Shown in pieces: positions 1 to 11,572 of a stretch of DNA of 64,000 nucleotides. A program made the translations under genes and the position numbers. Position 1 is the stretch's first letter. Each line of letters begins with the position of its first letter. The notes beneath the pieces are model-generated. The model was given only the letters and a program-made list of their open reading frames with translations, was not told the DNA's origin and ran no database searches. This DNA comes from Octopus bimaculoides (lineage: Eukaryota). Location of the stretch: the NCBI RefSeq assembly GCF_001194135.2, contig NC_068995.1, forward strand, positions 56,759,195 through 56,823,194, in the 5' to 3' direction.

Positions 1-211
1 ATATATAGATATGTATGCAATATATATATATATATGTATATCGTTGCTATAACATTAAACTGTCGTATGTTCAAATTTGGCCAAATGCATTCTTTTTTAA
101 TATTTGATTTTGCTTGCAATAGCCGGTTCTTTTGGTCAAACTATCGTATCTCCAGCTGCTTCAGATGCAAAGATATCAAAATTTGTCAAAATGAAGTACA
201 ATGGTATTGCT

Positions 212-388
212 ATACTCTTTACTCTTTTACTTGTTTCAGTCATTTGACTGCGGCCATGCTGGAGCACCACATTTAGTCGAGCAAATCGACCCCAGGACTT
301 ATTCTTTGGAAGCCTAGTACTTATTCTATCGTTCTCTTTTGCCGAACCGCTAAGTTACGGGGACGTAAACACACCAGCATCGGTTGTC
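212..388 (-). mobile_element. Young 5'-truncated SINE (family A 3' half; octopus OR/CORE-type)
   Basis: Same sequence (ttgtttcagtcatttgactgcggccatgctggagcacc...gctaagttacggggacgtaaacacacc) recurs diverged at 1692, 8131, 45415, 46735 and 62460. This copy keeps its CpGs and ends in the tail repeat (tactctt)2. Confidence 0.85.
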
Positions 389-405
389 CTTCTTGAGTTA
401 CTCAC

Positions 406-459
406 CTGACATGTTACCCTGCAAATGTGACATTGAATCTAAGTTATCTGTTCTGGCAC
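406..459 (-). CDS. Candidate internal exon, phase 1-1: (G)ARTDNLDSMSHLQGNMS
   Basis: Acceptor gtttctag|G and perfect donor CAG|gtgagt; 54 nt; only one frame is open. No homology recognised. Confidence 0.45.
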
Positions 460-1691
460 CTAGAAACTAGGTCACATGATTTTCCTGTACATAGGGCTAA
501 TTTAGTTACTTGTACACATCAATGATTTGAAGGAAAAAAAAAACAGGATAAAGAAGAAATATAAACACTACAAATAATAAAATTGTATAAGAAGTTAAAT
601 AAATGAAAAGTTTAAATAGAGATAAGCAATTATAAACATAAATAATGGAAATATCTTCACCTAAGATGTGGTACAAAAGCAAAAAAGTGTGGAAGCCATA
701 TTTTAGAAGCCAAGCTTGTTTATTATTTTTTTTTTGCATGAATTTTGTGTATTTTCAAATATTCTTTTTGTTTACTATTTTTAATAGTTTCTTTTTGTCT
801 CTATTTTATTTATTTATTTTGTTTGTTCATGTGTTTATTATCAGCAGTTAGCTTAATGACTTGAAGTTTATCTCTAAACTGTAAATGAAGAACTGCTAAG
901 TACTTCAACTGACAGTTAAGGAGTCAAAGCCTAGTTGACTTGTGCAACAACAACAACAGCAAAACCATCGTCATCATCATCATCATCGTCATCATCGTCT
1001 TCATCAACAACAGCAATACAGACATCAGCAGTGAAATACCTTGCAAGATGTTGTTGCCATATAAACCCTTTTTCTCACTGAATTAATTGAGTATTTGACA
1101 TAACACTTTAAAGGAATTATCCAAAGCTGACTCGACTTCCAGCTACCAAATATAGTCATATCTAATCTACAACTACTACTACTAGTTGTAGTAGTTGTAG
1201 TAGTAACTGATCATTTTAAATTTGTTTTAATGTATCAAAAATAGGAGAAATTTATGTATGACACACAATATCAATGGTCATTCAGTGCATTATTAAAAGA
1301 ACAGAAAAGGTACACACACTCACACACAAACATACACACACACACGCATGCGTATACCCTGAATGACTAATCAAGTGTTGTCTTTTCGGGTTTGCATATC
1401 GCAGCTGAGACTAATCTGTATCAAAATTTCATTAACTCTCAGAAACAATACTCAAGTCTAAGAAATTGCATATGTACACACACACACACACTTACATATG
1501 ACAGGCTTCAGTACAGTTTTTATCTACAAACAAAAGTGTATACTGACAGGTTTCCAAAAATCTGACAATATGTACCTTTCTGCTTTTTCTCAGATAAATG
1601 GAAAAAAAGTCGTTTCAATGTTATTTATTGGTTTACTAGAATTTCAATTTCATCCACTTTGGAATTTATATTGTTTGTACTTTTTCCTTCC

Positions 1692-2056
1692 ACTTGTTTC
1701 AGTCATTGAACTATGGCCAGGCTGGGACACTGGTTTGAAGGGTTTTAGTCAAATACACTTATTTTTCAAGTAAGTTAGTTTCTTTTGCTGAACAGCTAAG
1801 TTACAGGGGACACAAACAAACCAACACCAGTTGTCACACAGTGGAAGCAGGGGGGGGGGACAAACAAACTCAAAGACATGCATATGCATGCATACATATG
1901 TGTGCATGCAACAAGCTTCCACACAGTTTCTATCCACTAAATTCACTCACAAGGCTTGTTTGGACCAGGGCTATAGTAGATGACACTTTGCCAAGGTGCA
2001 CAAGGGCTGAACCCAGAGCCACATACTTACAAATCAAGTACCATAACCATACGACC
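1692..2056 (-). mobile_element. Diverged near-full-length family A SINE
   Basis: Tail motif at 1692; head motifs (cactcacaaggctt...gctatagtaga...gccaaggtg...ctgaaccc) at 1940-2020. Confidence 0.8.
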
Positions 2057-2934
2057 ATTATTATAATATTTTATGTTGTTTATTTGTGAATTTAATTATT
2101 ATTTCTTTAAGTAAGAACCAGACTGTCGTGTATTCATGAAAAATGAATGTCAAACTTAACTTTACTATCAATTCTTTAAGGAAACACTTTTTGGGATAGA
2201 AACTATTTTAATTAAAACATTCCAGTAGGATAAGCATTTTCAAAGAATAGTAAATTTTGCAATGTCTACCTTTCTCAAAGACAAGACTGGTGTGTGCGTG
2301 TGTGTGTGTGTGTAGAAAGAGAGAGAGAAAGACAGGAAGTGGGTTTCTTTAGACACTCATCTGGGTCATATTTATAGCAAGATTTTCTGCCTGAACCATT
2401 TCCATTGTTATTCAGTAAATTTCCTATAATTTGCAAAGTTTTTCTGCCTGTGTTTCACTGTAGCTAGACGAAGTATTATAGCTGTTTGTTAGATTCAAGA
2501 ATAGAATAATATCGAAGGATAGTACTTGAGTCTTTTATGTATAACCTCATCAAGATATTGTTCCAACCAGTTTAGCGGAAACTGAGTAACTAGTTGAGGT
2601 GCCATATACCCTTTTGGAATCATTCCAGCAATCCAAGCACTTGTTTATCTAACACTATTGTCTTGGTTGTCTGTTGAAATCTTTGGTCAAGAAGAGAGAG
2701 ATTTTGAACAGGGCATCACAAAAACGGATAGAGACAGATGCATAATCAGCACCAAAATATCATTATTTTTTTTCTGGGGCGGGGAATGCTGGGGTGAGGT
2801 GGGGTGTAGTTGAGTAGATTATTACAAACTGATGTAATTATTATATTTCAACATTTAGCTTCCTGTTCTTTGAAGTATATTCTAACAAAAATAAAATTAA
2901 TGATAAAAAGGGAAATTTGGAAAATACTATAACG

Positions 2935-2943
2935 ACAGCTATG

Positions 2944-2992
<49 letters not shown>

Positions 2993-3014
2993 ATAACAAT
3001 AATGATGATGATGA

Positions 3015-3045
<31 letters not shown>

Positions 3046-3046
3046 T
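2935..3046. repeat. (CTA)n-(GAT)n-(AAT)n compound microsatellite
   Basis: Directly visible. Confidence 0.95.
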
Positions 3047-3579
3047 TAAAATTTCAATGCAAATAGTTTTAGGAAATTTTTCAAGAACATCTTGAAGACA
3101 AAGGATGGTAGCAATGCGTGATGTGATTAAATTAACCTTTAAAAACTCTGCTATTTTAAAAACACGATATCAATAAAATAATAAATTATCTAACAGATAT
3201 AGTTTTAATACTAATATAAAACAACAATGATTTTAAAAGCTATTAGTAAAAACAACAATATTTAGCATGCAGAAATAAAATTATTACTAATAGCTATTTT
3301 AAAAGTAACATTATTACTAATAGGTATTTTAGTTTCATCACAACCTCTTCATCATTGCTTCTGCCATCATTTTTATCACTCCACCCACCTCCAACCTCAC
3401 CACCCTTACCACCAGCATATCCTTAGCAAGTTTATAGACAATATCATCATGTATCATAATGTGTCTCTCTGTATTTAAATGTATTATGTATGTACATACA
3501 CAGATTCATGACATATATGCGTACATATGTCCTTGTGTCTCTCTGTATGCAAATTTGTGAGTCACCATGTCTTAAAGTA

Positions 3580-3743
3580 TATGTGTATGTATACATATAT
3601 GCTTAAACATGTATGTGTGTACATATACATATACTTCAGTTTGTGTGTGTGTGCATGTGTGTGTATATATATATTGATACACGTACACACATAACACACA
3701 CAAACATATGTATATTGATATTATCTATATACACAAAAACGTA

Positions 3744-3817
<74 letters not shown>

Positions 3818-3880
3818 CACATATATACTCAAACACAAATTCATAAATATATAGTAAATAGACACACACACACATATGTA
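3580..3880. repeat. (TA)n/(TG)n/(CA)n microsatellite block
   Basis: Directly visible; source of the YI/CV-rich ORFs. Confidence 0.95.
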
Positions 3881-4104
3881 TGGTGTTTGTGTGCTTGTAT
3901 AATGTCCGTGAAAGTGGGTGTATATGTAGAAATCTCTGTGAATCTTTATGGGTTGTGTGTGTTTGAGTGTGTCTGGGTTTCCGTGCACGAACATTCAATT
4001 TTGTGACTAAATTGATAATATTAAATTAAAAAATTATATTTCCCAGACAAATCTTAACATTATTTTCCTAATGAAATAAATGGCATTGTTTTCATTCTCG
4101 TTAC

Positions 4105-4166
4105 CTTGTCTGACACCATTATTAGCCACCTTCCTTGCTTCCTGTTTTTCTTCTTCTCTAAGAAGT
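4105..4166 (-). CDS. Candidate exon: (D)FLEKKKNRKQGRWLIMVSDK, or alternative frame (R)LLREEEKQEARKVANNGVRQ
   Basis: Donor AAG|gtaacg; acceptor tctctgcaccaag|. The first frame is phase-compatible with 4395-4483. Acceptor and frame are ambiguous. Confidence 0.3.
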
Positions 4167-4394
4167 CTTGGTGCAGAGATCAGGTTTCACCAAACACTGA
4201 AGAATTTTAGCAATAGATATGTAGTGCCTTCAAAATCAATAGCAAGGCTTGATAAGATATCATAACATCATTCTCATAAAAATCAGGACTTTCTGAAAAA
4301 AGAGCCCAAAATTTATAACAGATACTTTCAACAGCTCTTTGACAAATGCATGTCCAACCACAATGAAATATTATAATGTGATTAAAAAGTTCAC

Positions 4395-4483
4395 CTTGCA
4401 AGCAATGAGTTTTAGGTTCCATTGTAACAAAAGCAGAATTTTCTACAACAGCCATAAGTCGAACAAAGCTTTGCAATTGAAAT
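4395..4483 (-). CDS. Candidate exon, phase 2-1: FQLQSFVRLMAVVENSAFVTMEPKTHCLQ
   Basis: Acceptor tttctttctgccag| and donor AAG|gtgaac; lies in the 4207-4500 ORF frame. Confidence 0.4.
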
Positions 4484-5254
4484 CTGGCAGAAAGAAACAT
4501 TGTAGAAGATCATCAGTGTAACCACTATTGTTTCTCAATGGGAGATTTAAAACATTATCTGGTTTAACATTAAAGTCCTACCAGCTGTTTCTTGGGTTTC
4601 TTTACCATACGTTATTCAGTTGCAAGTATTTGGACCAAGTCTCTTGTCTTAAGAAGGCTTCTATCACTCACAAAAACCCAGTTAAGCATCTCTCTGAGTG
4701 GTTGATATATTCTTTTTGAAATTTAATATTATCAATTTAGCAAAAAAATTTAATGTTCATGCATGGAAACCCAGGCACACACAAACCTATATGTATCTAT
4801 ATAAATTTCCACACATATACACATTTTGCACATGTGTTTGTATACCTGTCTTTAAGGAGTTATAGTTGATGGTCATCCTCCTCTGACTAAGCAATTAAAA
4901 GAAACAAAGGGACACCCTTTGACCCCTGACCATTAGTGTTGATTAGGTACCTGAATCTGCAGTGTCAAAACATTTAGTTTCTGAAGAGCTACTAGAAATA
5001 GTGAAAGCAGAAATTTTGTTGGTTAAACAATACATCTGTAAAATATAACCATACATTCTACTGCTACTTATATAAATTATTTTGTGAGTTTCAACAGGAG
5101 TTTTGCCTTCAATATTCATTCAAAAATTTTCTCATACATACATACATGTATGGCAGTTTGTTGACAAATTTTTCTGCTTTGTAAGTGTGATTAACCCAAA
5201 GTTTCTGCCATTCAAACAGTACCTCTGTGTTTGAAAATAAATTATCATCTTATT

Positions 5255-5290
<36 letters not shown>

Positions 5291-5709
5291 TATATACATA
5301 TAATGATATTGAGAATATAGAAAGATATTTCAATCTCAGTAATATACATGTATGTATGTATGTATGTATGTATGTATGTATGCTTGTATGAATGCATTAA
5401 TGTATGTGTGTGTGTGTGTAATAATGTCATCTACTCCTTTGTGATAAGAAAATAAAGAGTATATTAAATTATAAAAAAATAGATTCAGCAAATGAAATAC
5501 CATTCTTTAAATAATTTTATGGTGAAGAATAAGGGAGAGCTGGAGCAATATAAACCGTTTCCAAAGAGGAGTCTCCCCCTTGTTAAGAATAGTAAATGTG
5601 GGATATTCATTTATTTTAAGAGTGAACTGTGACTTCAAAGTGTTGCCAAGGAAGCTTATAAAACAGTTGCCATATATTTGTGTGTCTGTATGCAAACACG
5701 TGCTTGCAT

Positions 5710-5753
<44 letters not shown>

Positions 5754-5997
5754 GCTATATAATCATTATGGTATTGTTTACCTATTTATAATCAATTATT
5801 GTATTTAAAGGCAGCAAGGGGATAGCTAAATTAATGAAAGAACAAATTTTAATAATGTTGCAGAGTCCATTCCTTTTCAAGTTGGATCTTGCAAAGCATC
5901 TAAGCTACATTTTGAGTATTTTTTAAACAGATGAACCAACTTAATACACGCAAAATTTATTGTAAATCTTTGGTGTATCTCAAGAATTTAGTAATAC

Positions 5998-6117
5998 AGC
6001 TTCAAGTAGAGAACACCCAGCTGGAAAGATATCTTTTCAAGTAGGTAACTAGTTTCAAGAAATGTAGAAGAGGGATTGGAGGAGATCAATAGCATGTTCT
6101 AGCTAAAAGAGGTCAAA
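5998..6117. repeat. Dispersed ~120-bp repeat, copy 1 (pair at 7499-7610)
   Basis: agcttcaagtag..cccagctggaa..ttcaagtaggtaact..gatcaatag is shared with 7499-7610. Confidence 0.85.
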
Positions 6118-6478
6118 TAATGACAGTCATACCTGGTTTTAATATGGTGGAATGATGAAATTTCAGGTATCCAGCATTAAAAACTGGCCCGTACAGTATT
6201 AAGTGCAGCACAGAGAAACATAAAATATCGAATTTGAAAAAAATTTTAAGTTTTCAATATTCTTGATTAAAAGTTATTGCTATTCTTTGTATATTTACCA
6301 TAGCAATTTAGCGCTGGTGAAACTAAACTTACAAATATGACAACTGCTACAAAAAAAAAAAAAAGAAAAAAAAAAGATTCAGAAACTCTATAGGAATAGA
6401 AATTTTTGTTTATTTTCTTGTTTTTTTTTTGGATTTTTTTTGTATTTAATTTTATTATTATTTTTGCTGAAGCGTTAC

Positions 6479-6540
6479 TGCATCCACCCAGAAGTATAGA
6501 GTCAAGTGTTTCCCGGCCTCCACAGTGTCTACAACTCCTT
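6479..6540 (-). CDS. Candidate exon: (E)GVVDTVEAGKHLTLYFWVDA, or frame RSCRHCGGRETLDSILLGGC
   Basis: First AG after a long AG-free pyrimidine tract (catcag|); donor GCA|gtaacg; GC-richer than flanks; frame ambiguous. Confidence 0.35.
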
Positions 6541-7132
6541 CTGATGCCAAGATAGATCAATGCGACGTACCAATGGGAACAAGACCAAGTAGAAAGGAGA
6601 AGAAAAGAAAAAGAAAAACAGAGATACATATATACATTGTGTGTGTGTGCGTGCGTGTGTGTGTGTATGCATGTAGGTATGTGTCTATATATGTGAGAAA
6701 AGAAGTACAGAACAGATTCAAAAAAACTAGAATAGAAGAATAAGAAGAACAAAACGAGATAAAGAAATATTCTGCAAGAGCTGAGTAAGAATGTCTAGAG
6801 GCGTTGATCAATGACTGAAGAATCCAAAGAGAAGATGAGAAAAAGAGAAAAGAGTGGGGGGTGGGGTACTGACAGAGAAGGGATACTGGGATTAGAAGGA
6901 ACAAAGGAAACGGAATGAAGAGGGGGAAGAGAGAAAGGAAAGTGAAAGTGAAAGTATAAATAAAAAGAGAGGAATGATATATACATATATACAAGCATGC
7001 TTAGAAACATATTTCTTCTTTCATATACATATACAACCATGCATAGATATGTTCATTCTTTCATACATACACACATGTGTATACACACACATACATGCAT
7101 ATATATATATATATATATATATNNNNNNNNNN

Positions 7133-7177
<45 letters not shown>

Positions 7178-7498
7178 CACGAATATATGTATACATATGT
7201 ATATATGTGTCTGTGTGTGTATGTGTGAGTGCATATATATATATATGTATGTGTGTATGTATGTATGTATATATATATATATATATATATGTACGTATGT
7301 ATACATACAGAAAGCATATAGGAGGAGGAGAAGTCTTGGTGAGCATGAGAATACAGAAAGGGAAAAGGAAAATGAAGAGGGTGGAGGTGGAGGAGGAGTA
7401 GAAAGAGAAATGGTAGTTGAGAGTTTGAAAGAAGAAAAGTAAGGAAAGAAGTGAGCCAAAGTTATGGTCTCTCTCTGTTCGGTTGTTTAGTAGTTACT

Positions 7499-7610
7499 AG
7501 CTTCAAGTAGTGAACGCCCAGCTGGAACAATATTTCTTCAAGTAGGTAACTGATTTTAGGAATGGAGAAGGGGCTGGCATGATCAATAGTATGTTTATCC
7601 TAAGGGGTCA
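7499..7610. repeat. Dispersed ~120-bp repeat, copy 2
   Basis: Direct-orientation match to 5998-6117. Confidence 0.85.
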
Positions 7611-7840
7611 AGGAACAAACAGAACTTTCTCCCTAAAAATGTCTGCCAGACATTCTTCAAGCTATACCAAGCACTACTGAACAGGGACGTAAAAACTTTA
7701 TTTTATTAGTTTTTTTTTTATATTTAAAATTTTATTTACTTTTTAATTTTTATTTTAAACTACTGCTGTTGCAGTTGTGTTATTTAGTATAATGGCACTT
7801 TTTAGCACCCCACCCCGCAAATTACAATAGCATAGCGGAA

Positions 7841-8073
7841 NNNNNNNNNNNNNNNNNNNNNNNNNNNNNNNNNNNNNNNNNNNNNNNNNNNNNNNNNNNN
7901 NNNNNNNNNNNNNNNNNNNNNNNNNNNNNNNNNNNNNNNNNNNNNNNNNNNNNNNNNNNNNNNNNNNNNNNNNNNNNNNNNNNNNNNNNNNNNNNNNNNN
8001 NNNNNNNNNNNNNNNNNNNNNNNNNNNNNNNNNNNNNNNNNNNNNNNNNNNNNNNNNNNNNNNNNNNNNNNNN
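7841..8073. other. Assembly gap. Other gaps: 7123-7132, 11821-11830, 14508-15004, 19724-20609, 32270-32941, 33860-34229, 43233-43340, 45678-45687, 51147-51797, 60341-60682
   Basis: Runs of N; ten of the eleven abut (TA)n and one abuts poly-A. Confidence 1.
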
Positions 8074-8130
8074 ATATATATATATATATATACAAACACA
8101 CACACACATAAATACATACACATATTTTTT

Positions 8131-8420
8131 ACTTGTTTCAGTCATTAGACTGCAGCCATGCTGGAGCATCACCTTGAAGAGATTTTAGTCAAATGAATCA
8201 ACCCCAGTTTTTGGCAAGGTCTTTAAAGCTGGATGCCCTTTCAAGCACCAACCACTGTGGACAGGGTGCTTTTAAGTGGCACCTGCACTGACAGGGTCAC
8301 CAAGTAACTTGCAAGACAAAGATGTTTTGAGAGGGGAAGGGATTGGTGGAGGTGATCTTGTGTCAGATTATGAAAGGTTATAGTGAGACAGAACCAGATG
8401 TCATGCTATAGAGGAGGTAC
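8131..8420 (-). mobile_element. Family A SINE tail fused to a second repeat family segment
   Basis: acttgtttcagtcattagactgcagccatgctggagc followed by the gctggatgccctt..caaccact motif also seen at 53445-53475 and 55995. Confidence 0.7.
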
Positions 8421-8434
8421 AAGGTTACCTGGCT

Positions 8435-8467
<33 letters not shown>

Positions 8468-8624
8468 GAGAGAGAGAGATCAGGATATTGAAAATGGATG
8501 ACACTGCTTGTATGGCAGGGACACTCATTTACTACAATGATGCAATACTGATGCAAGGACACACAGACATTCACACACATACATATACATACCTCCACAC
8601 ATATACATTCATTTACACACATGC

Positions 8625-8770
8625 ACTTCTCTTATTCCTTTCTGATGAAGAGCATAGTTTCGAAACATAAAAGACTTTTTCATTTTTCCTGAGCATCAAA
8701 CCAATACACTTGCATGTTGTTCATACATCTGTCTTCGTCTTTTGTTTTCCAATAAATTTCAACTATATAC
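8625..8770 (+). mobile_element. Penelope-like element terminal-repeat remnant
   Basis: Hammerhead motif plus a T-rich downstream segment, embedded between microsatellites. PLE assignment is inferred from the hammerhead type. Confidence 0.4.
8638..8673 (+). ncRNA. Degenerate minimal type I hammerhead ribozyme motif (Penelope-like element type)
   Basis: cttt-CTGATGA-a-GAGcataGttTC-GAAAC-ATA-aaag: both core boxes, helix I (cttt/aaag) and an imperfect helix II are present; helix III reads ACAT rather than palindromic ACGT. Confidence 0.55.
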
Positions 8771-8879
8771 ATACATATATATAATATACAGATACACATA
8801 TATATACATACACACACACACACACACACACACATAAATACATATATATATATATAGATAGATGCATACACACACACAA

Positions 8880-9032
8880 TGATGGACTTCTTTGAGTGAC
8901 TGTCTACCAAATATTACAAGGCTTTGGTTCAACCGAGTGCTACAGTAGAAAACACTTACCCAAGACACCATACAGTGGGACTGAACCCTGAGCCTTGTGA
9001 TTGGAAACAGATTTCTTAGTCAGACAGTCATA
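8880..9032 (-). mobile_element. Family A SINE head
   Basis: acaaggctttgg..tacagtagaaaacactt.cccaag..cagtgggactgaaccc (reverse complement of the tRNA-like B-box ggttcagtccc). Confidence 0.8.
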
Positions 9033-9058
9033 TGGACAGATATATCATGCAATGTTAC

Positions 9059-9168
9059 CATGGATATCGTAAACGTAAAACGAGTGAAACTGAACCCACT
9101 CCCTTGCCATCTCCAGTAAATACACCAGTGGCTGAAATTGAACTTGTTGCATCCGTCATAACTTTGTC
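9059..9168 (-). CDS. Candidate exon, phase 0-2: DKVMTDATSSISATGVFTGDGKGVGSVSLVLRLRYP
   Basis: Acceptor gaattccag|G and donor ATG|gtaaca; 15 of 36 codons start with G and 28 of 36 end in A/T. A plus-strand frame (YHGYRKRKTSETEPTPLPSPVNTP) is also open. Confidence 0.45.
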
Positions 9169-9453
9169 CTGGAATTCATCAAGATTTTGGAGATGTATTT
9201 GCTAAGTCGTTTTTTTTTTCTTACATACGAAATTTCATTTTTCTAGACATTTTGGCTCCACAATAATACTTCTCCCCTACCACACAAACACACACACACA
9301 TGTATGTATGTATGTATGTATGTATGTATGTATGTGTATCTATACACATACATGCCCATACATGTCAGACTAATACCAATATACACACCAAAAATACACA
9401 AAATGAAAAGTAAAATCTTTGTGTGCAAATCTGTGTGTGTGTGTGTGTGTATA

Positions 9454-9506
<53 letters not shown>

Positions 9507-9676
9507 GATGGTGATATACACACACACACACACATATATATATATGATGGTGATATACACACATACATATATATATGTGTCATCCTAATACACTTACTGT
9601 CTATATTCTTTTGATTTTTGTTGTTTTCATGTCAATTTTTGATTTGCCTATATAGATATTTACGAGTGGTCTATCC

Positions 9677-9716
<40 letters not shown>

Positions 9717-9819
9717 GTATAAGTATATATATTTGTGTGTGCATGTGTTTATGTACATGTATGTGTGTGTGTATGCACAAACATATGTGTTTAGTTTTAC
9801 ATAAATCCAATGGTTTTAA

Positions 9820-10035
9820 CCCTTTAGCAATTAATCCAGCCACATTCAGCCCAGATGTTCTGTTTTATATCCAAACTAGCCTGATCTGGCCTCTCAAACA
9901 TATTCAATAATGCCATTCTAAAAATAAGCTTTTACATCACTGAAAACTCAAAGCTATGAGATAATGTATGATTGATTGGAAATGCTATGAATGAATATGT
10001 AACACATTTGGCAGAGTAATCTGAACGCTACAGGT
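9820..10035. mobile_element. Diverged piggyBac-type MITE (~215 bp)
   Basis: TTAA|CCCTTTAGCAATT at left; degenerate inverted end aacgctacagg|ttta at right. Confidence 0.6.
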
Positions 10036-10367
10036 TTACAATCTGTTCTCAGACATTAAGATGGTTGTGAATTATGTTTTGGTATAAATAAATAACAGAC
10101 ACAAGACTGAACTAAAATGGAAGGAAAAAATATTGTAAAGATCTCTTCCTTCATTCATCTGAGAGAATTTCCAAATTCTCTCAGAGTTAACCAATATCAA
10201 ACTGCAGTCAGAACAGTTGGTGATTCCATGGAAGAATATCTTTATTGGGAACATTGATTAACAGTTCTATTTATATACTAAATAAATTATAATTTCTGGA
10301 TAAATTCTTATGTATGTCCCATTCTATTTATGGTGGCTTTCACCACTGATTAGCATCAAATACCTAC

Positions 10368-10453
10368 TTTTCTTGTTACTGCTCTTAACTCGTCTAATGC
10401 TTCGTTCTGAAGCATATGTATATTGAGTTCTACACCAGGTTGTCTTGCAATGC
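10368..10453 (-). CDS. Candidate exon, phase 1-0: (G)IARQPGVELNIHMLQNEALDELRAVTRK
   Basis: Acceptor tatattttgcttag|G and donor AAA|gtaggt; 86 nt; phase-compatible with 9059-9168. Confidence 0.5.
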
Positions 10454-10503
10454 CTAAGCAAAATATATACACCAGGATTCTTTCAATGGGACTGGGTTCT
10501 GCT

Positions 10504-10580
10504 GTCTTCTGCTGTAGCTCTGGGCCAACCAAAGCCTTGTGAATGGAATTTTGTAGACAGAATTTCAAAGAAGCCTGTGT
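10504..10580 (+). mobile_element. Family A SINE internal fragment (plus strand)
   Basis: gtcttctgctgtagctctgggccaaccaaagccttgtgaatgga..gtagacag matches the family head/body. Confidence 0.8.
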
Positions 10581-10611
10581 AACATGACATTCATATTAAG
10601 TTGGATCTAAA

Positions 10612-10760
10612 GATTCCATCTACCAAATCCACTCACAAGACTTTGGTCGGCCCAAGGCTATAGTGGAAGATGCTTGCCCAACATGCCGTGCAGTTGGACT
10701 GAACCCGGAACCATGTGGTTGGGAAGCAAGCTTCTTACCACAGAGCCACACTTGCACCTA
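10612..10760 (-). mobile_element. Well-preserved family A tRNA-derived SINE head
   Basis: Reverse complement gives A-box-like tggctctgtggtaag, B-box ggttcagtcc and CORE-like gttgggcaagc. Confidence 0.85.
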
Positions 10761-11471
10761 TCCTAATTTCATTCCCACATTTTGAGAAATGCAATTCATT
10801 CCTGCACTGTCCTATGTGTCTAGTTAGATTATTCCACTGCGATCCAAGTACCAATATTCGTCATATTGTCTGCCACATTATTCTAGCATTTCTTCTCAAG
10901 GATTCATCACATCACTCAAATTATTCATTGATTAATTCATTCAAACTTCAGTGCCCATCACGATACAATTCTCAGGAAGCATATCTGATTTACACACACA
11001 CACACACACGCACACACACACACACGCACACACACACGCACACATATACATTCTATCTAACAATGTAAATACACACACACACACACACACACACATTTAT
11101 ATACAAATGTAAGTATATAACTATATATATATATACACAATATATTTATGTTTATATATATATATGTGTGTGTGTGTAATATATGCTTTTATAAACATAC
11201 ATAAGATATATTCATATTTCTACTTAATATATATATATATACACACACACACACAATATAGCTTATATACATACATATGCGCACTCAATACATAATTCAC
11301 ACATTCTCACTCTCCCTGATTTAATTGAATTAGTTTGAAGAAATTTTACTTCAAATTATTTCTCCATACTTATCAATAGTTTCCTGTCCATTTAGGTTGC
11401 TGTCACTGATGATGATGATGGATGTTAACGACAATGTACACTTGTGTGCTGATGATATATATACATACAGC

Positions 11472-11523
<52 letters not shown>

Positions 11524-11530
11524 CCACAAT

Positions 11531-11572
<42 letters not shown>

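Noticed and set aside
9040-9210. Plus-strand exon YHGYRKRKTSETEPTPLPSPVNTP
   Set aside because: It shares wobble positions with the minus-strand candidate and lacks a good acceptor. Not fully excluded; stranded RNA would decide.
10117-10257. Plus-strand 46-aa frame containing NQYQTAVRTVGDSMEEY, faintly like the copine vWA segment
   Set aside because: Few identities, a stop right after, no splice sites and no further copine exons found.
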